This document shows positions 37,054 through 45,387 of a stretch of DNA of 64,000 bases, piece after piece; the stretch's first letter is position 1, and each line of letters starts with the position of its first letter. A program made the position numbers and the translations under genes. The DNA comes from Acidimicrobiia bacterium (lineage in GTDB: Bacteria > Actinomycetota > Acidimicrobiia > Spongiisociales > ZC4RG35). Below the pieces are notes generated by a model. That model did no database searches, had not been told where the DNA came from, and saw only the letters and a program-made list of their open reading frames with translations. The stretch covers positions 4,125-68,124 of the forward strand of contig DASTOM010000031.1 of NCBI GenBank assembly GCA_035762545.1, written 5' to 3'.

Positions 37054-38081
37054 GCCGAACAGTCCTGGTCACCGGAGCGGGCGGGGTCGGCAAGACGACC
37101 TTCTCCGCGGCGCTCGCGGTCCGAGCCGCTCGTGACGGGGTCCGGACGCTGGTGGTGACGGTCGACCCCGCCCGCCGTCTCGCCTCTGCCCTGGGTTTGG
37201 CCGATCTGGGTGACGAGCCCCAACCACACGAAGACGAGCCGAATCTCTGGGCGGCGATGCTGGACTCGGCGGCTTCGTGGCGTGCCGTCGCCGTGCGCCA
37301 TGCCGACCCCGAGGTGGCGACCCGGCTCGCCGACAACGAGTTCTTCCGGGCGGCGTCCGAGCACTTTCCCGCCTCCCAGGCCTACGCCGCCGCCGACCAG
37401 GCCGCGACCTTCGTGCAGGCCCGAGCCTGGGATCTGGTGATAGTCGACACGCCGCCATCGGGAGGCGGTATCGACTTCTTCACGGCCCCGGCCCAGATGG
37501 CCGATCTCGTCGGCGGGAGGCTGCTGCGCTGGATAACTGGAGGACCTCTGCCCGGCCGGCGCTTCTTCTACGACCGTGCCGCCAAGCCGATCCTGAGGAT
37601 CGCCGACACCGTCCTGGGATCAGGGCTGTTGGAGCGGATCAGTGAGTTCCTGCTCGACCTGCGGACCACGTACGACGGTGTGGCCCGCAGGGGCCGGGAG
37701 ATCGAGCAGGTGATGAGGGACTCGACCATCCTCGTCGTGACCACCGCCGACCCGGCTCCGGTTGCCGAGGCGGTGCGCTTCTATCGCCAACTCCCCGACC
37801 TCGCCTCCACTCCGGCGGCGGTGGTCTTCAACCGGGCGCTACCCCGGGAGTGGGCGGACGTCCGGGCCGTTTCCAACCTGTCGGCACCGGTGAGCCGGGT
37901 CGTCGAGCAGTGGAGTGCGGAAACCGTGCGCCAGGCAGATGCGCGCGGTGAATTCTCGAGCAGGTACGGAGCCCGGGTGGCCACCGTCCCCTGGCGCTCC
38001 AACCCCCCGACCGATCTCGAGGGCCTGGCCGCCCTTCTCGACGACGCCGACGGAATCCCGTGGGAGCGGGTTCTCCCCTGA
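37050..38081 (+). CDS. ArsA/Get3-family ATPase homolog (second of tandem pair)
   Basis: GTG start overlaps the previous stop (GTGA). VTGAGGVGKTT and DTPPSG motifs present. Confidence 0.75.
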   Translation: MSRTVLVTGAGGVGKTTFSAALAVRAARDGVRTLVVTVDPARRLASALGLADLGDEPQPHEDEPNLWAAMLDSAASWRAVAVRHADPEVATRLADNEFFRAASEHFPASQAYAAADQAATFVQARAWDLVIVDTPPSGGGIDFFTAPAQMADLVGGRLLRWITGGPLPGRRFFYDRAAKPILRIADTVLGSGLLERISEFLLDLRTTYDGVARRGREIEQVMRDSTILVVTTADPAPVAEAVRFYRQLPDLASTPAAVVFNRALPREWADVRAVSNLSAPVSRVVEQWSAETVRQADARGEFSSRYGARVATVPWRSNPPTDLEGLAALLDDADGIPWERVLP

Positions 38082-38097
38082 CAGGGGATAATCTCTG

Positions 38098-38904
38098 GTG
38101 ATGGCCGAAGCCGCAGCATTCTTCGATCTCGACAGAACCCTCATCTCCGGGGCTTCGGCGTTCCCGTTCGCGGTCGAGGCCTGGCGCCAGGGCATGGCGA
38201 CGCGCGCCGAGCTCATCAACTGGGGTACCGACGCGATCATGTTCGCACTCACCGGCGACAAGGGTGAGGGGGCCACGACCGACGTCCACACAGAGTTCCT
38301 GATGAGGATCAAGGACACATCAGTCTCGGATCTGGACCAGATCGGACAAGCGGTCCTGCCCAGACTGGTGGCCCGGGTGAGACCGGAGTCACGGAAGCTG
38401 ATCGCAATGCACCATGAGGCGGGGCGGGACACGTGGATCGTCTCGGCCAGCCCACAGGGCATCGTCGAGCCCCTGAGTGGGGCCCTGGGGATGACGGGAG
38501 CGATCGGCACCAGGGGTGCGGTGGTCGACGGGCGCTACACCGGCGAGCTGGACGGGCCGTTCATCTATGGGCCGGGCAAGGCGCAAGCGATAGAGAAGCT
38601 GTCCAGCGACCGGGGCTACGACCTAGAGCTGAGCTACGCCTACTCGGACTCGGTGTCCGATCTCCCGATGATGGAGATGGTGGGCCATCCGGTTGCGGTG
38701 AACCCCGACTCGGAGTTGGAGGACGTGGCCCGGGAACGCGGGTGGCCGATCGTCATCTTCGCCCGGAAGACGAAACGTGTCTTTGCCTTCAGTGGAGCGA
38801 TGACGCTGGCAGTCTCAGCAGCCGTCGTCGCATACGCCCTGGGCCGCAAGCACGGCCGAACCGCCGCCATGGCGCAGATCGGTCGAGCCACGGCGTTGCC
38901 CTAA
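38098..38904 (+). CDS. HAD-superfamily hydrolase, subfamily IB (SerB-like) with C-terminal TM helix
   Basis: Motif I FFDLDRTL, a later SASP.. motif and the ..YSDSVSDLPMM.. aspartates. Confidence 0.7.
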   Translation: MMAEAAAFFDLDRTLISGASAFPFAVEAWRQGMATRAELINWGTDAIMFALTGDKGEGATTDVHTEFLMRIKDTSVSDLDQIGQAVLPRLVARVRPESRKLIAMHHEAGRDTWIVSASPQGIVEPLSGALGMTGAIGTRGAVVDGRYTGELDGPFIYGPGKAQAIEKLSSDRGYDLELSYAYSDSVSDLPMMEMVGHPVAVNPDSELEDVARERGWPIVIFARKTKRVFAFSGAMTLAVSAAVVAYALGRKHGRTAAMAQIGRATALP

Positions 38905-38912
38905 CGGCGCCC

Positions 38913-41900
38913 TCAAAGGATGGCGCGAGGTCCGAGGAGCTCTTTGAGCTCGGCGAAGAGGGCGGATCGGGGCTCCACCTTGTGGTCGTCGCCCAGCTTG
39001 AGGACCTTGGTGTCACCGTTGTCGGTGAGGTTCAAGAACACCGAGGCGGGGCCGGGATGATTACGCAAGATGGTCTTCAGACTGGTGACCACCTCGGGGG
39101 TGAGCCTCTGGGCCGCAACGGCGAGGCGGACACTGGTGTCATCCCGGATTGCCAGCTCTTTGATCTCTCGCGCCACGACCTTGACGTCGTCACCGCGATG
39201 GTCGAGATGCCCGGAGACGATCAGCACCGCGTCTTCGACCACCAGGGGCCCGAAGTCGTGGACGGTCTTTGGAAACAGAAGTGTCTCCACCGAGCCCTCC
39301 AGACCTTCGAGCTGGAAGAACAGCATCGGGTCGCCGTTCTTGGTCCATCGTCTGGTTATCGCACCGACGAGACCCCCCACAGTTATCGACGTTCGATCGG
39401 TCAACTCGTCGAGCTCGGCGATGGTCGTGGTGGTGGCGGCGGCCAGCGACGGGCCCACGGCCAACAGGGGGTGGTCTGACACGTACAGGCCGAGCATCTC
39501 CTTTTCGAAGGCGAGTTTGATCTTCTGTGACCACTCACCCTCCGGGAAGCTGAAGTTCTCCTCCTGACCGGTGTCGTCGTCCCCGGCGAACAACGAGTAT
39601 TGGCCCATCTCTTCGTTTCGCCGCCGTTCCAGCGTTGCGTCCAACACCGTCTCGTGCATCAGAGTGAGGCCCTTCCTGCTTCCGCCGAGGGCGTCGAAGG
39701 CTCCGGCCTTGATCAGCGACTCGACGGTGCGCTTGTTGAGCGCGGACACGTCGACACGGTTGACGAAGTCGAGGAAGGACTCGAAGGGGCCGTCGGCCCT
39801 CGCCTCGACGATCTTGTCCACCACGCCCTCCCCGACGTTGCGGATTGCGGAGAGACCGAATCGGATCCGCCCGTCGTGAACCGTGAAGTCGGTCTCACTC
39901 TCGTTGACATCCGGAACCAGGACCTCGATGCCCATCTGACGGCACTCGTTGAGATAGATGGCGGTGCGGTCCTTGTCCCGCTTGGTGGCGGTGAGCAGGG
40001 CGGCGAGATACTCCGCCGGGTAGTGGGCCTTCAGATAGGCCGTTTGATAGGCCACCAGGCCGTATCCGGCGCTGTGTGACTTGTTGAAGCCGTAGCCGGC
40101 GAAGTGCCCGATGAGCTGGAACATCTCCCGACCGGTCTGTTCGGTGTGTCCCTGGCTGACACAGCCGGCGATGAACTTCTCCTCCTCGGCGGCCATCACG
40201 GACTTGATCTTCTTCCCCATAGCCCGTCGCAAGTTGTCGGCGTCCGCCATCGAGTAACCGGCGAGGTCCTGGGCGACCTTCATCACCTGCTCCTGGTACA
40301 CCATGATCTGATAGGTGTCCTCGAGGCTGGCGGTCACTGCGGGGTGCAGTTCCTCCACCGCCGCCCGTCCGTTCTTGCGGTCGGCATAGAGGTTGTGCAT
40401 GTTCGCCCCCATCGGGCCCGGGCGGAACAGCGCGTTCACTGCGATCACGTCCTCGAACCTGTCCGGTTTCAGTGATCGGAGCAGGGCCCGCATCGCCGTG
40501 CCTTCCATCTGAAACACGCCGATGGTGTCGCCCGCCTGGAATAGCTCGAAGGTCTTCTCGTCATCGAGCGGGACGTTGTCTATGTCCACCGTCACCCCGC
40601 GGGCTTGGAGCAGTTCGAGACAGCGCTCCATGATCGAGAGGTTGCGCAGACCGAGGAAGTCCATCTTGAGCAGACCGAGGTCCTCGACGCCGTACATCTC
40701 GAACTGGGTGACGGTCTCGGCGCCCTCGCCCTTGCGCTGCACCGGCACGATGGTGTCGAGCGGTTCGGGGGCGATGACGACGGCCGCGGCGTGTATCGAG
40801 TCCTGGCGCCGGAGTCCTTCGAGCCCCTTGGCGACGTCGACGACCTCACGCACGGCGGGATCGCTCTCGTACAGCTCCCTGAGGCCCTGAGCGTTGGCGT
40901 ACCAGTCACGGACCTCGGAGGGAGCACCCGGATCCGGTGCCACCAGGACCTGGTCGAGAGTGGGATCCTTGCCCAGGATGGGAGGTGGCATCGCCTTGGC
41001 CACCCGATCACCGAGGGAGTAAGGGTGCCCGAGCACGCGGGCCGAGTCCCTGATCGCCTGCTTTCCCTTGATCGTGGAGAAAGTGATGATCTGAGCGACG
41101 CGGTCCTGGCCGTACTTCTCGGCCGCATAGCGAATCATCTCGCCGCGGTACCTCTCGTCGAAGTCCATGTCGATGTCAGGCATGGTTCGTCGTCCCGGGT
41201 TGAGGAACCGCTCGAAGATCAAGCCGTACTCGAGAGGATCGATGTCGGTGATGCGAAGCACGTAGGAGACGATCGACCCCGCAGCCGACCCGCGGCCAGG
41301 ACCGACCCTGATCTGATTCTCACGGGCATGTCTGATCAGGTCCCATACGATGAGGAAGTAGGCCGGGAACCCCATCTCCTCGATGATCTTCAGTTCGTGC
41401 TCGACCCGCTCCCAGACGGCCGCGCCCGGCTCCGACCCGTAACGCTCGTGGGTCCCGGCCTCGACCAACTGGCGGAGGTAGGTGACCTCCGTCTCGCCTT
41501 CGGGCACGGGGAAATTGGGCAGTAGGAGCTTCCCGAATTCGAGGTTGACGTCGGCACGCTCCGCGATCCAGAGGGTGTTCGACACCGCCCCCGGGAACCG
41601 GTCCTCCGGGAACAGCCTGAGCATCTCCTCACCGGTTTTGAGATAGTGCTCGGATCCGTCGAAGCGGAGCCGGCCGGGCTCGTTGCGGAGGGAGCCGGTC
41701 TGGATGCAGAGCAGGGCGTCGTGAGCCTCGTGCTCCTCGCGTGAGGTGTAGTGGGCATCGTTGGTGGCGAGCAGAGGAGCCCCGACCATCTGCGAGACCA
41801 TGAGCAGGTCCTCCATGATCCTGTGCTGTGCGCCGATCCCGTGGTCCTGCACCTCGATGAAGAAGTTGTCCTTTCCGAAGATGTCCTGGAGCCGCCCGGC

Positions 41901-42407
41901 GGCGGCGACTGCCGCCTCGAAGTCCCGCATCGCGCCCTTGTTGCCCTCTTCGGACACCGCATCCGGCCCGAGCAGTTGCGGCACCAGGCCGCCGAGACAG
42001 CCGGAGGTGGCGATAATCCCCTCGGAATGCTCGGCCAGAAGGTCCCAGTCCATCCTCGGCTTGTAGTAATAGCCCTCCAGGTAGGACTTCGAGGACAACT
42101 GGAGGAGGTTCCGGTACCCGATCTCGTTCTCGGCGAGGAGGATCATGTGATATCGCTTGTTCTGATCCGCCGGGGGGCGGTCGAACCGTGAGCCGTCGGT
42201 GAAGTAGGCCTCGATCCCGATGATCGGCTTGATGTCGTGTTGTCGGGCCGCCTTGACGAAGTCGACCACGCCGTAGAGGTTGCCGTGATCGGTTATCGCA
42301 ATCGCCGGCTGGCCGAGTGCTGCGGCAGCTCCGACGACGTCCTTGATCCTCGCCGCACCGTCGAGCAGTGAGTACTCGGTGTGGAGATGGAGATGGGCGA
42401 ATGACAC
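38913..42407 (-). CDS. dnaE: DNA polymerase III alpha subunit (DnaE1)
   Basis: 1164 aa with an N-terminal PHP domain (HLHLHTEYSLLDGAARI), the polymerase core and a C-terminal OB fold. Confidence 0.95.
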   Translation of the reverse strand: MSFAHLHLHTEYSLLDGAARIKDVVGAAAALGQPAIAITDHGNLYGVVDFVKAARQHDIKPIIGIEAYFTDGSRFDRPPADQNKRYHMILLAENEIGYRNLLQLSSKSYLEGYYYKPRMDWDLLAEHSEGIIATSGCLGGLVPQLLGPDAVSEEGNKGAMRDFEAAVAAAGRLQDIFGKDNFFIEVQDHGIGAQHRIMEDLLMVSQMVGAPLLATNDAHYTSREEHEAHDALLCIQTGSLRNEPGRLRFDGSEHYLKTGEEMLRLFPEDRFPGAVSNTLWIAERADVNLEFGKLLLPNFPVPEGETEVTYLRQLVEAGTHERYGSEPGAAVWERVEHELKIIEEMGFPAYFLIVWDLIRHARENQIRVGPGRGSAAGSIVSYVLRITDIDPLEYGLIFERFLNPGRRTMPDIDMDFDERYRGEMIRYAAEKYGQDRVAQIITFSTIKGKQAIRDSARVLGHPYSLGDRVAKAMPPPILGKDPTLDQVLVAPDPGAPSEVRDWYANAQGLRELYESDPAVREVVDVAKGLEGLRRQDSIHAAAVVIAPEPLDTIVPVQRKGEGAETVTQFEMYGVEDLGLLKMDFLGLRNLSIMERCLELLQARGVTVDIDNVPLDDEKTFELFQAGDTIGVFQMEGTAMRALLRSLKPDRFEDVIAVNALFRPGPMGANMHNLYADRKNGRAAVEELHPAVTASLEDTYQIMVYQEQVMKVAQDLAGYSMADADNLRRAMGKKIKSVMAAEEEKFIAGCVSQGHTEQTGREMFQLIGHFAGYGFNKSHSAGYGLVAYQTAYLKAHYPAEYLAALLTATKRDKDRTAIYLNECRQMGIEVLVPDVNESETDFTVHDGRIRFGLSAIRNVGEGVVDKIVEARADGPFESFLDFVNRVDVSALNKRTVESLIKAGAFDALGGSRKGLTLMHETVLDATLERRRNEEMGQYSLFAGDDDTGQEENFSFPEGEWSQKIKLAFEKEMLGLYVSDHPLLAVGPSLAAATTTTIAELDELTDRTSITVGGLVGAITRRWTKNGDPMLFFQLEGLEGSVETLLFPKTVHDFGPLVVEDAVLIVSGHLDHRGDDVKVVAREIKELAIRDDTSVRLAVAAQRLTPEVVTSLKTILRNHPGPASVFLNLTDNGDTKVLKLGDDHKVEPRSALFAELKELLGPRAIL

Positions 42408-42423
42408 TTTGAGGTTTGAATCC

Positions 42424-42447
42424 GAGAACTACAGACTTGTAGTTCTC
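42424..42447. promoter_or_regulatory. 24-bp near-perfect palindrome directly upstream of dnaE
   Basis: GAGAACTACA-gact-TGTAGTTCTC (10-bp perfect arms) lying 17-40 nt upstream of the dnaE start codon. Confidence 0.35.
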
Positions 42448-42505
42448 GACAGTAGTAGTCGCGTCGCGGGGGGCAGGCCAGCAATCAGCCCGGAATTTCC
42501 CTTTC

Positions 42506-43381
42506 TCAGAACAGCATCACCGAGACCACGGCGAGGCCAGCGACGGCGAGAGCGATGACCACTCTGAGGGCGGTTGTGGACCTGTTGCGGACCCGCGACC
42601 ACAGCTCGCCGATGACGAATCCGCCGATCAAACCACCGAGGTGCGCCTCCCAGGCGATGTTGGGGATCAGAAGAGGGAGGGCGGCATTGAGGAGCAGCAG
42701 GAAGACGATCTGGCGCAACAGCATCCGGCCCTGTGCGGTGTTGCGACGACGGACCGCCCAGTTCAACCAGATCCCGAAGAGGCCGAAGATCGCACCGGAG
42801 GCGCCGACGGCCACATCGGTAGGCCCTCCTAAGAAGTAGGCGAACGCACCCCCCACCGCAGCCGAAGCCAGGTAGGCGCACACGAAGGGCCAGCTCCCGA
42901 CACCCCGCTCGATCTGGGGGCCGAGTACCCACAGCGCCCACATGTTGAACAGGAGGTGGGTGAGACCGGCGTGGAGAAGGACCGGGGTGAACAGCCGCCA
43001 CCACTCCCCCGCCTCGATCAGCCAATTCGCCTGAGCCAGGTTCTCGATGAGGGTCTCACGCATCCCACCGAGACTCCCCAACAAGAAGAACCCCACGGCC
43101 AAACCGATGAAGGTCATCGTTGCCGGCGCACCCGAGTTCCTGGTGCGCCGGGGCCCGGTCGGGATCACCTTCTGCGGGCCCTCCTCACGCACACATTCGG
43201 GGCAGCGCTGGCCGACTGTGGCGTCGATCGAGCACGAGGCACAGATCGGCCGATCGCATCGACTGCACTTGAGAAGCGTGTGCCGGTCCGGGTGTCGGTA
43301 GCAGACCGGGGCCGCGGTGGTGTGATCCTGGGTCACACCCGAAACGGTAGTGACGCGTCCCCGATACCACGAGACCGGCAC
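42506..43381 (-). CDS. Rhomboid-family intramembrane serine protease with N-terminal Cys4 zinc-ribbon
   Basis: CYRHPDRHTLLKCSRCDRPICASC precedes the TM core. Catalytic GASGAIFGL (Ser) and a conserved His in a later helix. Confidence 0.8.
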   Translation of the reverse strand: MPVSWYRGRVTTVSGVTQDHTTAAPVCYRHPDRHTLLKCSRCDRPICASCSIDATVGQRCPECVREEGPQKVIPTGPRRTRNSGAPATMTFIGLAVGFFLLGSLGGMRETLIENLAQANWLIEAGEWWRLFTPVLLHAGLTHLLFNMWALWVLGPQIERGVGSWPFVCAYLASAAVGGAFAYFLGGPTDVAVGASGAIFGLFGIWLNWAVRRRNTAQGRMLLRQIVFLLLLNAALPLLIPNIAWEAHLGGLIGGFVIGELWSRVRNRSTTALRVVIALAVAGLAVVSVMLF

Positions 43382-43521
43382 TCACCTCGGCCACCCTCTC
43401 GTTTGCGCTGAACCAGATGCGAAATACAGCGACCATTGCAGCGCAGAGGAAGGAACAGGTCGGGTCGTTTCCTTTGCGCTGGACAAGACGCGAAGAGCGA
43501 CGCCGTATGCAGCGAGACGCT

Positions 43522-44427
43522 TCAGCTGAGACGGTCGAGAACCCCGGCCAGATCAGCGGGGAGAGGGGCCTTCACCGAGATCCGATCCCCGGTCCGGGGA
43601 TGGTCGAACTCGAGACGGGAGGCGTGGAGGAAGGTGCGCGGCGAGTTGAGATCGCGGCGGGTGGCCCCATAGGTTCGGTCCCCGGCCACGGGGTGACCGA
43701 TGGCGGACAGATGGACCCTGATCTGATGGGTGCGGCCCGTGTCGAGTGTGACCTCGATCAGGGTGGCGTCGGACATCTCGAAGTACCTCACCACCTCATA
43801 GTGAGTGCGGGCGTGTTTCCCGGTGTGGGTGACGGCACGTCTCGTCGGGCGGGTCGGGTCCCTACCGATCGGCGCTTCGATGGTCCCGGTGGGCGACCCC
43901 ATGCTCCCCTCCACCAGGGCGAGATAAACGCGACCTATGTTTCGACGGCGGAGGTCGGCCACGAGCTTCTCGAAAGCACCCTGGGTGCGGGCGACGAGGA
44001 TGGTTCCGGAGGTGTCCTTGTCCAGCCGATGGACGAGACCCCAGCGATCGTTGGAGCCGACCCCCTCCACCTCGGGGTATCTGTGGATCAAACCGGCGGC
44101 GAGGGTTCCTGTGGAACGTCCGCTGCCGGGATGCACGACCATGCCCGCCGGCTTGTCGACGACGACCACATCGTCATCTTCGTAGAGGACCCCGAACGGG
44201 ACGTCTTCGGCCACCAGCGACGTCATGTCCTCGGGGCGGGGGCAGGTGATGACGTCTCCAGTGGAGACTCGATCAGAAGGCCGAACCTCTTTCCCACCCA
44301 CGGTCACACGCTCGTCCCAGAGCAAGACAGCTCGGGCCCGGCTCACCTCGAGCAGCTGGGCCACCGCGCGATCGACTCTCGCCCCGTCCAGCGCCGCCGG
44401 GACCTCCAGCTCTACCTGTTCCGCCAC
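43522..44427 (-). CDS. rluD: RluA-family 23S rRNA pseudouridine synthase (RluD-like) with N-terminal S4 domain
   Basis: Catalytic motif HRLDKDTSGTILVAR and an S4-like N-terminus. Confidence 0.85.
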   Translation of the reverse strand: MAEQVELEVPAALDGARVDRAVAQLLEVSRARAVLLWDERVTVGGKEVRPSDRVSTGDVITCPRPEDMTSLVAEDVPFGVLYEDDDVVVVDKPAGMVVHPGSGRSTGTLAAGLIHRYPEVEGVGSNDRWGLVHRLDKDTSGTILVARTQGAFEKLVADLRRRNIGRVYLALVEGSMGSPTGTIEAPIGRDPTRPTRRAVTHTGKHARTHYEVVRYFEMSDATLIEVTLDTGRTHQIRVHLSAIGHPVAGDRTYGATRRDLNSPRTFLHASRLEFDHPRTGDRISVKAPLPADLAGVLDRLS

Positions 44428-44867
44428 GCGTGTATCAGTAGCAGGACGACCGCAATCGTCACCGATGCGTCGGCGATGTTGAAGGTCGGGATGATCCAGA
44501 GATTGATCCAGTCGATGACCGAGCCGTCGATGAGACCGGGCCCGCGGGCGAACCGGTCGATGAGGTTGCCTACTGCCCCACCGAGGACGAAACCGAGTGC
44601 GACGGTCTCGATCGTCGGACGCGGTGCGGCCAATGCCCCTATCACCACACCGGTGACCACCAGGGCGGCGATGGCGATGATGGTCCCGCCGTTCTGGAAC
44701 GACCCGAAGGCGCCGCCCGGGTTCTCGACATATGTGAATTCGAGGAAGCCGGGTATCAGCTCAACCGGGTTTCCTTTGAAGTGAAGCGCCGCGTACCTCT
44801 TGGTCCACAGGTCGAGAACGACCACGCCCAGGGCGACCCCCAGACCGATCGCATAGCGCCGGATCAA
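44412..44867 (-). CDS. lspA: Lipoprotein signal peptidase (signal peptidase II)
   Basis: Four TM helices and LspA motifs (..NPGGAFG.., ..WIIPTFNIAD..). TTG start at 44867 overlaps the upstream gene stop (TTGA); the ORF's N-terminal 30 codons overlap the DksA-like gene and were rejected. Confidence 0.8.
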   Translation of the reverse strand: MIRRYAIGLGVALGVVVLDLWTKRYAALHFKGNPVELIPGFLEFTYVENPGGAFGSFQNGGTIIAIAALVVTGVVIGALAAPRPTIETVALGFVLGGAVGNLIDRFARGPGLIDGSVIDWINLWIIPTFNIADASVTIAVVLLLIHAWRNR

Positions 44868-45238
44868 GAGGCGCGCGAGGCGCAGTCGACACAGAGGGTC
44901 GAGTACGGGAGCACGTCCAGACGCTCGACCGGGATCGAGGTGCCGCACGACTCGCACGTCCCGTAGGTGCCCGCTGCGACCAGGTCGAGGGCGCGGTTCA
45001 CCTTGGAGAGGAGATCGAGCGTGTTCTGCTCTATGGACAGCTCCTTGGCGTACTCGAGTTTCATCGAGCTCGCCTCGGCGTTGCCCGGATCCGGGCTCCG
45101 ATCGGATGAGCTCTCGGTCAGCCGAGCTTCTTCGAGGACCCTCTCGTAGTCTTCGATCTGCTCCTCGAGCCGGTCTTTTTCTTCCTCGAGTCGCTTCCGG
45201 AAACGCTCGAGTGTGGTTTTGGCCAGTTTTCTTGCCAT
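44864..45238 (-). CDS. DksA/TraR-family C4 zinc-finger protein
   Basis: N-terminal coiled coil and C-terminal CESCGTSIPVERLDVLPYSTLCVDCAS zinc finger. Confidence 0.7.
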   Translation of the reverse strand: MARKLAKTTLERFRKRLEEEKDRLEEQIEDYERVLEEARLTESSSDRSPDPGNAEASSMKLEYAKELSIEQNTLDLLSKVNRALDLVAAGTYGTCESCGTSIPVERLDVLPYSTLCVDCASRAS

Positions 45239-45387
45239 TTCTTACCTCGTAAAAGGCGGGAACCCTACCAACGACGTCAGCGTGGGGCCGGGTTTCCGGC
45301 CGGCAGTATCGACGTTCGGTGTGGAGACCTCAAACGCGTTTCCCGCACCGCTAATTCCCACGACGATCGACGTCTGGACCGCCCCAG

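Noticed and set aside
42424-42447. dnaE upstream palindrome as a LexA/SOS box
   Set aside because: It does not match TCGAAC-N4-GTTCGA or the Cheo-box spacing. dnaE1 is not typically SOS-regulated.
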